From: Oikopleura dioica
Lineage: Eukaryota; Animalia; Chordata
NCBI GenBank assembly: GCA_907165135.1
Contig: OU015569.1
Location: 9,362,001-9,426,000, forward strand
Direction: 5' to 3'
Length of the DNA: 64,000 bases
Notes under the pieces: model-generated
Told to the model about the DNA's origin: nothing
Seen by the model: the letters and a program-made list of their open reading frames with translations, nothing else
Databases searched by the model: none
Translations under genes and position numbers: made by a program
Shown: one piece after another, positions 46,552-59,700 of the stretch
Position numbering within the stretch: the first letter of the stretch is position 1
How the letters are laid out: the number at the start of each line of letters is the position of its first letter

Positions 46552-49500
46552 TCATTCCGCGACAAGCGGGACTCCATCGTTTTTGACCTCGACTCCCGGA
46601 ACTCCTAAAATTTCTATCGCCATCATCCTCGTGAAATAAAAGTACCTTTATCGAGCCTTTTATTCTTCTTCTGAACCCACCCATACTCATATAAATGAGA
46701 GAGTTTATGACTGCTGAGGTCCAGACCAAGAAATTTTTCGATTGAAGAAGGCCTCTACAAAGTCGCCGCGAAGAGTTTTGGAGTGTACCAGATGCCTTTT
46801 TTGGATTTTGTCATATTTTTTATTGTTAAGGGATCCTCCCCCGGAATCGGCAACTTTCACTTGAAATAACTTTCGTTTGGCCTTATGGATTAATATAATT
46901 CGAATTGCATATAGAAGTTTAAATGTTGATTGCAATTCGCAAGTAGCTCTAGCTCATTTGGAATTGTCAAACATGCACTCAGGGGCTCTTGAAAAATTCG
47001 AATTTTCGAAAAACGCCTTTAAGGGGTATTTTCAACGCGAAATAACTTTTTATTGGGCTTTTGCTTTGCTCTCAAGCCTTCAAGATCAGAAAAAATGGAC
47101 GCTAATCTAAATTTGCAAGTAGCTTCAGCATGATTCATCAAGTTATAAAAATTTTTTCCCATTAAAAACTTTTCAAGCCCATTTATGCTAATTTTTGGCA
47201 TCGAATTGCTCTCTAGCGGCAAATAACGGCCGAGAAATTTTGTGCGGTCATTATATTCTTAATCTGTAGATTCTGAGCTTTCTATAGACCCCTTATTTGT
47301 CTATTTTCGATGACATTGAAAAGTCGAAAAAATTACGATTTTCACGCTAAGTACAATTTACATGCATTTTTGCAATTTTCGAAGGCCAAAATTTTGGGTT
47401 AAGATATTTGTTAGGGGGTACTATAATACATAAAAATGATCCTCAGATAACGAGGAATCTAAATATGCGACAAAATGACCCGTTATTAAGATTTGAAATT
47501 CCGGGGGAAAACATATAAATACCCTTTGAAATCACAAATATCCGACAGTTGGTTCGGTTTGTCTGTGGCACTCTGTGCAAATACTCAGCGGGATTGATAG
47601 AGCGCTCTACTTAATCCGGTGTAAATCTCGGCTGGTGACCGATAATTTCTCGAAATTCAGCATGTCAGTCGAAAAGGAGTGTACGAAACCCTATTTTAAA
47701 TTGTAACTCATTAGGACTTGTAGTTTTTGAGATATTGGCTGTCAAAGTCTTAAATGACAGTGGAATGCACCTTCTGTCCCATGCGGTTAAAGAGAGCCCG
47801 CAAAGTTTATAGTTTAAAGTCAAAAGATTAATTATCTTTGCTCATCAATCAATTGGCATTATCTTTCCTTGAGAACAGTAATAAGTTGAGCAGGTCCCCA
47901 ACAGAGCAAAAAGGCAAATATCAAGCAAAAGACAAGGAAAGAAAGACGTTTGATTTCCTTGGCATGATCGCGACTAAAGTGTTGCCACAAATGGCTAATT
48001 GGCAGTGTTACCTTTGCTGCGATGTGTTTCCCGCTGATCTGGCTACTGAGTAAACTGATTTCAGGAACTGCACGTAGCAATAAGTGATGACGATTATTGG
48101 AACGGTGAAAGCAAACACAAATATCAGCCATGTGTGCTAAAAGTAACAAGTTGAGTTTGATGGACACAGATCCTTTGCTTATATATATGCCATATAGTTA
48201 GGGTTAAGCACGAATAATCGGCTATGTTGTATTTCGTGCCTCAGACTATCCGATTTTGACACTTTGACACGCCAATTTTGCCGTCAGACTTGCAATTTCT
48301 TGAGTTGATATTGGAAGGATGAGTGACATCCTCTTTCTTTCAGATTTAGTTTGTGTCAACAAGAATATACACAGGTATAATATGCAAAAGTACCTGTTTG
48401 AATTCGGATGACGTATCACAGGAACACTCATTGATATTGCTCAGTTTCATTTGACAATTTTTCGGCCAGTTCTTGACAAATAAGATCGACTCGTGAGTGA
48501 GATTCACTTCACTTTTGCATCCACCACGTGCGTCATTCATAACCATTTCTGTCCACTCGAAAGGGTCAAGTATTCTTTTCGCGGTTGGGTCAAACGTCTT
48601 TTCGTCTATAGTTATCTTAACGCCGGGCTCGGGCAGAAAGTCTTCACTGTTACTTTCGCTTTCTAAAACCCGTCGCTTTAGTAATTTACTTTTATTCGTC
48701 ATCTCACCTGACATTTCATCGAAAATTTCATCTAAGTAGTCTTCGTTTTCTCCATTATCATATATTCCAGGAAGATTCTCGCCTGTTTTACGCATCGAAA
48801 AATTTGAACTTTGATGAATTATTGAGCTGAAGTTGCAATTGGATGTGTGCGACTTCGAGAAATGAAAGCTTCCCATGCACATTTTGTCATTGAGATCTCG
48901 CTCGTTTTCTGGAACTTGAGGGATGGTGGCATTCAGCATTCCCCAATCTTCGTGGCAACGGAACGTTTCTGTGTCGAACTTTGTGTAGGACCAAATTGGA
49001 AACGTAATGATCAGCGCCATGAACCAGACAAAACTTGAGAAGAAATAGAGAATAAATGAATTAATCTTAATGCTATGTTTTCAATCATATTTAGCAAAGA
49101 ATTTATTTCCTTTTCTGCGACCAAGTGGGCTCTCTTCGGCGGGCGATTCCGAGGCACTATTGCATATTTGTTACAGTGGATTGCAATGTATCTATCAATC
49201 GCCATAAGCATCTTGTAAGGATGACCTTTTTTGTGTTAGTAAAACATGCCGCAATTCATACGATTTACTGGACATCGTATGTCCGAGAAAATTCTAATTG
49301 CGCCGGACGAATCTGGCGTCTACGCAATTCTAATTGATGTGATACTTGGTTTAATTGACAGAAGGTGCTCCCTTTCCAGAAAGTATATAGAGACGACGAA
49401 GTTCACCGATTTGATTGTTGCGTAGACTAAAAATTTGAGTTTTACTCTGAGTTTGAAAATTTGTATCTTTACTCGGGCAAATAGCCTTTCCAAAAAGGAG

Positions 49501-50802
49501 CGGGAATTGCCTTGCTTCTATGTTGTTTGATGCTGGAGCGAGCATCGTCGAGTTCGATTCCGAAGAGTCCATCGCCCACGACTTGATCCACTTCCATGTT
49601 GGATGCGTTCGGTATTCCTTTCGAAAGGTCATTTTCAGCTTGCATAAATAGAAGACGGCTCGGAAATCAAAATGAGGGTGTCTCCAACTAAAAACGCACT
49701 GACACATGCCGCCATTGTATTTGTCCAAGTCAAAATGAAAGACAAAGACTGTAAAAATTATTTGACCTTGCCAGCATGTGAACCGGAAGAATGAGAATTA
49801 AGAGTAGATCTGCAATGGCTATTTAACTTGTTCAAAAAACGATTCGAACAATGAACGTTTCACTTTAGCTTTCGAACATTTCCCATGTGTAGAGCGTAGA
49901 CGTGGCTCGCCGTCACCATCAGTGATCGATTCGATAGGATCATGAAAATCACTAAGGTGATATTTCGCTAAGGCTGTTACAGGTACTCGCACCTGTGGAA
50001 TTGACGAGCAGGCCTAGAACGAAAACAATCCACCAATAAACCATCACCATTATCTCATGCGTCTGAAATGTCAATTAGCCACGCTCAAGATAGCAGGCAC
50101 AGTGCCCTTAGACGCGCGCTTGTTATTTACTTCGATTTTCGGTAAAGCTTGGAGGGATCTGTCTGAATTATGAATTGGGAATCGAATTAACGCACCGCGC
50201 AGTTAAACAGACGTCTACTCCAATCATTACCACCAAGTACATTTGATATCTCCCGAACTAAACCCATAGAAATTCTAATCACTTACGCCCAGTTCTAGAA
50301 CATCGGGATCTACGTTCTCTTCCTTGTTCCATTCACAAATCTGGGTGGCAGTAAATAAGTTTATTAGATTGGGATCGTTGCATTTGCAGTCTCTTTCATC
50401 TGGAAAAAGCGATTAGATTTTTCATTTCGAATAATTTTTAAGGAATTAAACTTTCTCTACTCACCCATAATAACTCGTTTTTCTTCGGATAGCGTGTTCT
50501 TGAAGAGCCTCTTCTTCAGATTAAACAATGTTCTTTCTCTAAAAATTTAAAAATTATCAATCCCGTGATATAGAATAATTGTAGTGTCAGGTCAGGTAAC
50601 ACCCTCTGGGATGATCTCTCTGAACTTGACGTTGAGAGATTTTCTCGATGAAGTAACATGGAAATTCTTATCTTTTCCCTCGATTCTTTGGGATTTCGCT
50701 TTTCCTTTTTTTGAAAAAGAAGAGGAAGAAAACAAAAACAACTTTATGCTTATGGAGAAAAATCCCCACTAGCGGCGCCGAAAAAATCCAGAGGGAATAC
50801 AT
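46552..50802 (-). CDS. Class A (rhodopsin-like) peptide/chemoattractant-type GPCR with very long extracellular loops; both ends and TM7 uncertain
   Basis: TM1 WWIVFVLGLLVNSTVI, TM2 MAIADLLLILILP, LFGKAICP, TM3 VNFVVSIYFLMLMAIDRY, TM4 VWFMALIITFP, TM5 WLIFVFAFTVPIIVITYCY and TM6 FAFLLCWGP are all recognisable. The confident span is about 47868-50540; a canonical NPxxY was not found. Confidence 0.75.
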
Positions 50803-53800
50803 GATGCAGAGTTTGAGCACCCTAATACACTTGTGCAATGCTTCGTCTGACAGAAAACAAAAACGAAACGGGAAATTTAGCTTTCATCTGAAAATGTTCC
50901 AATGGGGATTTGATTTCTATCTCTTAGATTTATGGACCTTGTCGAGGAAGACTTAGCAACTGAGAGCTTCTTTGGCTACAAATATTAACAATCATCATAA
51001 ATTTTAGCAGCGACAACAATAATTTACTGGCATCAAAGAAAGATTTTTAATAATTGTTACTATTACAGTTACTATTTAGGAGATCTACTGATAGTCTTTG
51101 CGAGTGGGTATGGCTAGAGATGCGGGCGTCAAAGTTAAAAAAGAGTGAGGGCAGCTTTGATTTGGTGGAAGATTCTCTATCAGAAAGTGGTTAACTCATT
51201 GCTGGCTAAGTTCTCGCCTCATGCTCTGAGCAAATTTCCTCTCTCGATAAGCAACAGTAACTGTCAGGGGTAAAGGTGTGTCACCTCTAAAAACGAAGTA
51301 AAGAAATTTCCCAAAAAAAAAATGAACAAAAACGCAGACTCATCGGGTTTACAGAAAATCCTCTTTGATGATCCATCGTCTTTTTTGTTTTCTCGCTTGA
51401 AAATTGAAAAATGTTAATTTCGGAGTGCGAATTTGGCCAGTTTAGCTCTTGCGATATCACATTAATTATTCGTTATTGTGACCGCAACTGTGCCTTTCAG
51501 AGTTTTAATATCGCGCTTATTAAGCGCCTCGTAGCTTAACTAGAATCGAGCCTAATTCATCCAATATGGAATATCAAATAAGGATATCATTCCATAAAAC
51601 ATGAGTCTATTTACCCATTGACGATTAGATTGAAAATAAGGTTTTCAATACTAATGAGCAGCAGTACCCATAGTTTTCTCTAAGACGCAAGATTAAAAAA
51701 AATGAGGATTTCGCTAATATTTGTCTTTTTTTTTGAAATTTGCTAGCGCCCGTAACTTTTTTGCGAGTGCTTGTCTTGACCTTATGATTCCCGAAAAATT
51801 ATAAATGGATTAATTAGTTCGTTCCATGGCGACATAAAGAAAATAACGCGAAGCCAAATTACTTCCAGATCAATTAATGACATGTTTCACATTTTGTAAA
51901 TCGCGTCTCTTTTTCTAAAGGTCGCATTTGCATCTGAACTGTGAATCTTTTCGGGTCGTTGAGTTAGACAATTTCTTGCACGGACCTTCTTTGTCCTTTC
52001 TAATTCTGAAGGAACTCTACTTAAAGTTCGTCTAAATAGGACTTAATTAAGCCCCATTATTACGGTTCGGCCGATAAGCACCCGTCAAATCAATTGTTTT
52101 ATAAGAAATTCTCCTGGATAAAAATTAACTCTCCGAAGAATTATCTACGTGTGAATTTGCTCCACAGTGTTCACTTGGAGAAGAAACGTGGTAAGAGGAT
52201 GACATATCGAATTATTGCTGACATTTTATCGACGAAAAGACGAGATTTGCGTCAAGCACTGAGTTCGAACGGGGTAAATTGCAAATTGACAGATAAATCA
52301 GCGGACACAGATCTGACAAGCAGCAATCACTTTTTGTTCTTTTAATTTAACGATGATTATCTATTTTAAATGTTTTACCATGATTTTTAGAATTCTTCGG
52401 AATCAAGGAGGAGTCTCTGCGCACATTTTCTTAAAAAACGATTATTTAATTATCAACTATGGCGGAGCTATTTTGGGATAATTTACGGCGCCCAGGCCAA
52501 ACTTAAGAGCGATTCTTACACAAATAAATCCGGACAAAATCAGAATTCCAAAATCCAAAACGACAACTCCTGACTGCGCAAATAAAAAAATCGACAGCCA
52601 AAGAAATACGAGAAACTTGAGTGACTTTTGCTTTCCAAACTTTGATTGTTCCAATTTTGAACTTTATGGTTCATTTAAAAAGGTGTTCTTTTTGAAATTT
52701 AATAAATAATTTTGAAATTTATCCTTTTTTTTTGAAATAAATTATTTCCCATTCGTTTGTTTTTTGATTGTGATGCTTTACCTGACAGCTTCTTTGAATT
52801 CGCGGTTTACTCTTTACAATAAAAAAATCTTTATATTTAATTGACCCTTTGTTTAGGAAAATGTGTCAATATTATCATAATTTATCCATTTTAAAAATTT
52901 TCAATTCGACGTTGATCCTCCTTAGTTTACGCTCTTCACATTTCGCTGGTTTTAAAAGCTACTTGCCGCCGCGCGGTCTCAATGCGCTAGAAACAGATCA
53001 ACCAGCGCATCAAGATACGAAAAAAAGTTTGTCAACGTCGTCTGCGACAAGTTGGAAATCCTGATCGATCATTGAAGTTGCGCTGGTTTCAAGCTTTTTT
53101 TAGTTTGATGATTTGTTTTTATTTTTATTAAAAATGCGATGTTTATTTTCTAAAAATATCGATAATTTTACTCTTCTCCTTTATGATTTCTGACCTGATT
53201 TCAGTTTGATTCATAAAGAATGAAGTATTATTAAAACTTACGGATGCTCATTAATTCTTTTTATTTGTTGATAATTTGAAGTGAATCTTGGCGTTTCGTA
53301 CCTGAAAGATGTTCAAAAACGACAGACTTCTTCTTTGTTCGTTTTCGTTTCTCTGTGAGTGAATAAATGCAAGGCAAATTTCAAATAGAAGTCTTCATAT
53401 TTCTCTGTTTGTAAAGAGCAGAATGAAGAAACACTTTCGTCCATAGAAGTGTGCTCCATCTGACATCGAGCTTAGAGGACCAAATATAGAACGGAATATC
53501 AAACGGGTCGAAGGCAAAAAGAGAACGTAGTCGTATCATCACGCTCACCCCATATAATCACTCCAGAGTCATCACCAGTGGAGCTTTCAGAGCATGAAAA
53601 GAAAATAGCTCATTTAGCAAAACTTATTCGCGGTTATATATATTCAAGCCGAAATATTTGAGAGGAGATGAAAGACCGCCTGCTCACACACCAAAAGATA
53701 AACAAGAACTTTAGCTGCCAAAGATAGACGTTCTATCATCGCCCTGATTTATGTATATCTATTTCTTTGTCTGAACTCAAATTTAAGATTTCGTCAAAAC

Positions 53801-55479
53801 ATTTAGAAAAAAAAAGCCTGGGAGAAAGTGAGATATTTGCTTTGCAAACTGAGAATTATGAGCTCGGCAGGCGGAAGTGACTTTGGCAACTTGTGAAGAT
53901 AGTTTTGTTTAATAACAGTTGTTAGATCAAAGCCCTTCTTACAGGTAGCCAGATGGTCAGTTCAAACACTTGCTACTTCTGAGATTTTGATTCTGAAAAC
54001 ACTTCTGAAAAATGATGTGAATTTTCGAAAATTTCGATGCATTCTGCATAAATTCATTCAAAGTCGAGAATCTTATAAGCGCAGGTGGCATAGGACTTTC
54101 GTTTCCCCCTAGAAAATCGCTTCATCTTCCTTTTTCGGAAGCAATAAAAAGCAAAATTCTCGCCAGACGTTCTATGGTTGCGTAAGTTTTGTTTCTCGTA
54201 TGATCACCCCCTGAGGAAGAGAAACAGGTCAGTAGCATCCGCCACTCACATCCGAAACAAATGTTAGATTGCTTTCGAGGTCCGCTAAATTGAAAATCTG
54301 TTACGTTAGAACGCATTTTCTAAATCAAATATTCATACATTTCACATGTTATATTCATTTTTACGGGAGGCTTTCCAGTAAATTTCGAATTTTCATCTGA
54401 AAGTAATTAACCGGGAACTGCACAATTGACGTATTTCTTCGATAAATAAGGAATACTAAAAAGGTTATCTTGACAGCAACTCTGTCACTCCGCTGTCGAG
54501 GCTTCGCTTCTAATACTTATTATCAGATAATATGCAACAAAAACGCTCGAGCAATTCCAAGTTCACATCGGAAAATGTAGATATGCAGCGAGGAAGATGT
54601 GAACAGTGGCTTCGCTTTTTCTGGCGTGAGTGAGACAGTATCGAGTCTGCTTAGGAATCTGGATGCTGATATTTAAAAGTGCTGTGCTTACACGGAGCTT
54701 AGGTGGTTCGACTTTTGGACTGGTTGAAGATTTGGCGCCTGATATTTTGACTGTTCATTTTTTGGAATACCTTGACGAACTCATTCGAAAAATCTAAGCC
54801 TCTGGCTTCTTCAATATCTTCTTGCTAGAAACGTGCTTCGAATTTTGTTTTAATCATCGTAATTGTTCTGTCGAGATGTTGGATTCCCGCGCTATTGGAT
54901 TTTCAAGAGCAATCAAATATCATTTTGCCGTCAAATGAAAATACATTAGCGCCGATTTTACGCAATAATATTCGCCTCTGAGAGATCCTCTGAGAAGTCT
55001 CTCGTCACTGTGAGCACGTTTCATAATAAAGCATCGATTTTGCTGATCTGGGCATTCTATTCAAATTATATATAAAAAACGCCTGCAGGAAAGCAAAAAT
55101 GAAATTTTCGAAACTTTTTGTTGAACGGTATTTATCTTCTAAACTCTTCAAGCTTGTTATCAGCAGCGCTAAAAGAAGTGTTTAATAGTTCTTTTTGAGG
55201 ACGTTGCGCGGATAGTTAGAAACGAAGTATTTCCTCCTTTTCTAGGATTTTAGAAAAATGGCTGAAAATGGAAACAAAATGAACTCGGGTGCGTTTACGA
55301 AGCCTGAAATTGTTATTCACAGACTCGACTGCGTAAAAAAACAACTTTCCCAACCTATCGGATTTCCATTTTTTGACTTTTAGTGCATTTAATCCGGCAC
55401 CTGTCCACACGCAACATATAACGGCGCAAGAAAAATTTTTTTTCGCATTATTTAGTTTTTTTAGCCGAGAAAAAAAGAG

Positions 55480-56461
55480 ATGAAATTGGCATCCCTTTTC
55501 GTCGTCACAGTGATAGGGTTAGTAAAACGGCGAGATTTAATGGGAGAAGGTATTTTTAAAATGAACCACTTCAGACAAGAGCTAGACTTAGCTGAAGACA
55601 TTACAGAAGAAAGTGCTCTGGCTGCATTGTCTGAGGCTTTTGAAATCGATGTTACTGCTGAACTGATCGACTCGGAGCAAATAACAAGACGGCGTGGTGG
55701 GCAGGATACCAGAAGTTATGGCAAGTACAATATCTCTTGATACGAACCACTAATATGAATGTAGGCAAGGTCAAAGTTCTTCAGAAATACTACAACCATC
55801 AGGCTGGCAACAGTGACTTCGAGACGAAGAAACTCAAGGTAAGAGAAAAATTGATTTGTTAATGAGCTCGAAAAAATATTAGCTCTATGGATGTCACTGT
55901 GGAGGAGGAACCAAAGGAGATTTTGACTACACCAGTGGTGGTTCTGGAGTTCCTGTTGATAGAATTGATTCTGTCTGCCGGTAGCTGTCGTGGTACCCTT
56001 TCTCACTTTACGTTATTTTTAAGGGACTACGCGAACTGTCTTAAATGCATAGACGAGGCGTACGATAACAAGTGTGCCCGTGATACACGATACCGCCTCG
56101 TATTCCAAAATGGCTTGCCTCTTTGCAAAAACGACGTCGGCTCATGTCAGAGATCTGTCTGCGAGTGCGATCACCAATTCGCCATAAACATGGCGGGAGT
56201 ATTTGAAGACTACAGTGGCGCAAATTGGTTCCGTGGCGGATTCGATAGAGATCTTCAGTGTTTCAAAAAAGACAAACGATCTGCTGGTGAGGGATTCGAA
56301 GTCAAGCCCGTCGGCTGTTGCGGTACGAAGGAGACATTTCCTTTGGTGAGTTTTTTGAATCGGTTACGAGTACTTAATGTTATTTAAAGAATCGTATCTA
56401 CCGAAGCGACCAATGTTGTGTCGAGCAAACCGCTACGATCAAAGACATCGGAACCTGTTAA
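55480..56461 (+). CDS. Secreted phospholipase A2-like protein lacking the catalytic His-Asp dyad
   Basis: A signal peptide and acidic propeptide precede YGCHCG..GSGVPVDRIDSVCRDYANCLKC..CQRSVCECDHQFA, which follows the sPLA2 cysteine pattern. A Cys-rich C-terminal extension follows. Confidence 0.8.
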
Positions 56462-56795
56462 TCGCCATTCTCTCGACTATATCCTCCTTGACATTTCCTT
56501 TTTTAAGTCCAGTGGTCGCTTCAGGCGGCAGTATTCAGTGTCGGGCCCTGCTGTGGAATGCCCAATCGCGCTACAGCGTCAGTGTCCGATACATTTTGAA
56601 GTTGGTCACAAAATATCGGACATTGAGCGACGATTCACATCACACGCGACATTTGTTTTCTTTTATTTTTTTGTACAATCGACCATTTAATAAACCAAGG
56701 CACAAAAACCATCTGAGTTTTATTTTATTGAAACCAAATTGAAGGGCCTTAAATCACAATATTTTGGTATGGCAGCTTTGAAATGGCAGAACTGA

Positions 56796-59700
56796 TCAAA
56801 GTTCATCTTTTGCAGCATTAGTCTCTTTTTGAATCACTTGAATTGGATCTTCAGAATCGCGAACCTGAAATTTAAGATTATAAAGAATTTCTTTGTAAGG
56901 ATTGAAATCCTAATAGAGTCAACTCTTCAGGGTTAGTATTAGACTGATCGTCGTGTGAGAGATTATAAAAGATTCAGATGTTTCGTAATTTTAAGATGAG
57001 AAATCACAACTTAGAAAAATGCTTATAAAAATGATTTAAATTCATTACTTCGATACTTTCCGGTCCCATGATGACCACATCAATGTTCGCGAAAGGACTC
57101 TCAACGCTACTTTTGTCACCATAACTGTATTCCGCATGGAACTAAGAGGGATAAAATATCATTTAAAAATAGACAGTGATGGTTAACGGATAAATTACCT
57201 TTGTTAATTTTGCAATCAGATTCGCAGCAATATTGTATTTTAGCTTTTCGCCGTCATCATTTTTTCCAGTGTCTACGCTTTGATAATTGTCCTAGTAGTA
57301 ATAAGGATAGTTGGCCGTATTAGAAGTAAATGTACTCACGTTCGATTTGAGCTCGTCTTCGATTATTTCTAGTAAAAGCTCCACCTGATCGACTCTCACT
57401 GGAAGCTCGCTTTCGAGGCTCAGTCGCTCGGCCATTACTCCGAATTTAGAATGTCTGCGTGCCATTCTTGAAACGCGTTCGTTTTCACTTTCTTCTGGAA
57501 ATGATTTTTCGTTCAGACTCAAGTCATCTGCCGGTCCTCTCAAATAGCTATCATGCCAGTTCTCTGGTTTCCAGCTCTTTTCCCAAAAAAGAAGCTTGTC
57601 GTTTTCCTTCTCAGATATTGTCCTTCCTTTCAGTTTTTCGCAAAGTACTTTCTATTTTTTAAAAAGTGCAGATAAAAACGAGCCTGGTTTTTTCTCCGAG
57701 CTTCTCACGTAGAACGGTACATCTCGCAATAAAGAGACATTGCTCTGCTTCTTGGAAGTTTGGGTCCAATTCTAAAGCGTATTTCAACAAAGTAACTGCA
57801 CCCGTGGCGTTGTTTAGTGAGAGTTGCTGGATCCCCCAAGCCAAGTAGGTGACCTAAGAGAGTATTAGCGATAGTTTTACAGTTCTAATCTACAGGTTCA
57901 CTGTTGTTCCGTTCGATTGCACTGAGAAGTAATTGATGAGTGTCTTCTTGGCGATTAAAGCGGTACATGATGTAGGCAAGTTGAGTTAGTGGAATGTCTT
58001 GGTGTTTCTGGGGCGCGTGTAATACAGCTCTTCTGAGACATTCGATCGCTTTAGAATCAACTTAAACATCTTGAATATTTTACTCGCTCACCTTGCCGAT
58101 TGCCTCCCATTACTCGCCAGTAGAGCGCTGCGGTGTTGTAAAGGAGCCATAGGTGTTCTGTCGCTTCGTTTTTGGCCTTTTCAGTCGCTAACAAAATCCG
58201 CTCACCAATTGAATCAGGCCAAATGTGACCAGAATTTATGTGGAAAAGGAGACGCCGGAGCTGGTACTGATCTTCCAAGGGTTTTCAGAAATAAACGTAG
58301 AAATACGATTAAGAAACAAATAAAATCCCTTCCTTGAGCGTTTGCTGGATAACTGTCTCTGAACTGGATGCCCTTAATTGAATCGACGAACACGTTTTCA
58401 ATATCAGGCTCGAGTTTATCGCAATGTGGACGTCGCCAAGGCTGAGGCGGGAGGGAGACGTCGTACTGATCATGACCGATAAAGTCGCTCAATAGCGCGG
58501 TAATGTTGAATCCACGAGTTGCGGGATCTACATACCAGCTAGGGTACTCGCTCCATTCGGGCACTCTAGCCAAGTGTTGATCACATCGATCCTTTTCGTT
58601 TTGCTCTTCTTCGTCACGATTCATCTCAGAAAAAGGCACGAACTCTCTTCGAATGGTCTTCCCGTTCTCAGCTAATGTGTAAAACTCATCCCCGCTGAGT
58701 TGTACAGTTTTGCCGGTTTTGAAATTGATGATCTGATCGTTCCAAAGAGTGATTTTCAACGAGTCAATTCTATCAGCTTCTGCGGGGCGCGAGGAGGAGC
58801 GACCCTACGAGGGCTCCTGGCTAATACGTTAAAAGAAATGACATTTGGGCATGGTCAGGGGATGACGAGGTTGCAAAGCGACTAGTGTCCCACCCCCATT
58901 GATCGACCAAAATTCGTTTCCGAGTTCCGGAAATCTCATTATTGAGCGGTTCCACTAATTCCCTAGCAAAATTCAATAAGGAGTTATCTACTTTACTTAT
59001 TTTTAACTGTCGAATAGATATGGAGCCCCAACCTCTAGTGATTCTGAAAGCCGGTGATATTCACGCTTCACGTGCGACCAGGGTTGCCCAACCGGATCGG
59101 AATCCGATCGGAAATTCGATCCGATCGGAATCGGATCGGTAATTGGTCGGACGAGGCAATGAAAATTTGGTCATGTCCGATCGGTAAAATCGGTTTCGAT
59201 CGGTAAAATCGGATCCGATAATCCGATCGGAAAATGGGTAAAAAAGTCGGATTCATTCATTCAAAAGCCACTAAAATCCGTGACTTAGGCTTAAAATACA
59301 CTTATAAAAAGTAATATTTGTGTAAATTCACCAATTTTTAGGCATGTTTTTCTTAAAAAAGAGCTTAATTACGTCCTTTAAAACCTTCGTCACGGTGATT
59401 TAGTGTTAGATTGAGAATGTCAACCATTGAAATGGTTGTTTTTGCGAACGCCATTTCAAATGGCCCATTTGTTACTTCGTTTCTAGGAAATTCTAGCGCC
59501 GAGGCGGCTTTTATAAAAGCTCTTTCAGGACCCTTATATGTTTTGTACAAATGTTGCGGATCCAAGCCCCCGAAAACCCAAAATTATCCATAAATTTTCA
59601 CGGAAATAAGAGGTAAAATGGTTAGAAGGGCGTTTGTAGCGAAAGAACTTGATATTTCCGAGTTTTTTTCTTCATATTCAGTAGTCTAAATTGAAATTTT

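Noticed and set aside
55715-55764. GC-AG intron with a GGCAAG direct repeat in the PLA2-like gene
   Set aside because: A canonical GT donor 6 nt upstream (55715) is also in frame, so the GC call is unsupported.
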